Positions 63,906 through 64,000 of a stretch of 64,000 nucleotides of DNA are shown one piece after another. The number at the start of each line of letters is the position of its first letter. The stretch's first letter is position 1. The notes under the pieces were generated by a model. The model worked only from the letters and a program-made list of their open reading frames with translations. It ran no database searches and was not told the DNA's origin. The position numbers were made by a program, and so were the translations under genes. Location of the stretch: the NCBI GenBank assembly GCA_030390025.1, contig CM059433.1, positions 24,492,001 through 24,556,000 on the forward strand. The letters run 5' to 3'. This DNA comes from Squalus acanthias. Its lineage: Eukaryota.

Positions 63906-64000
63906 GTCGTCAGGTGAAAATGGCATATGTAAATACTTCTGCAAAACCACCCAGAAACATTCTCCGCCAACAAGGAAAACATGGCACTGCAGGCTCTGCC
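63906..64000 (+). CDS. eloal: Elongin A-like exon 9, truncated by window edge ([32 protein letters not shown])
   Basis: ctgtcttcag| acceptor, phase 1. GRQ.KMA.VN..AKPPR motif. Confidence 0.93.

Noticed and set aside
1..64000. CRISPR array, operon or other prokaryotic/viral system; intronic snoRNAs
   Set aside because: The sequence is spliced vertebrate DNA with no regularly spaced repeats or dense ORFs. I saw no convincing paired C/D or H/ACA boxes with terminal stems by eye; an Infernal/Rfam scan would be needed to exclude them.

Overview
Vertebrate genomic DNA, most likely a cartilaginous fish (shark-type repeat landscape: CR1/HER1-like and L2 LINEs, Deu-domain tRNA SINEs, Penelope-like elements, Harbinger and pogo/Tigger-like DNA elements). 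Two protein-coding genes lie head-to-head. On the minus strand is the large first coding exon of KLHL31 (918-2089; the rest of the gene lies left of the window). On the plus strand is an Elongin A family gene, probably the eloal paralogue. I assembled its coding exons 1-9 by hand (ATG 5843; all GT-AG, phases consistent, 610 codons, running off the right edge). The introns are mostly transposon debris. The most notable unexplained structures are a perfect spacer-less 136-bp palindrome (62198-62333), minimal hammerhead-ribozyme motifs in Penelope terminal repeats, a three-level CR1/Penelope/CR1 nest with an apparent target-site deletion, and a LINE-like element with a tRNA-like 5' head in two internally deleted sizes. 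I found no prokaryotic-type system. Homology calls come from my recollection of these families, not from a database search; repeat boundaries are approximate unless a TSD or TIR is quoted.
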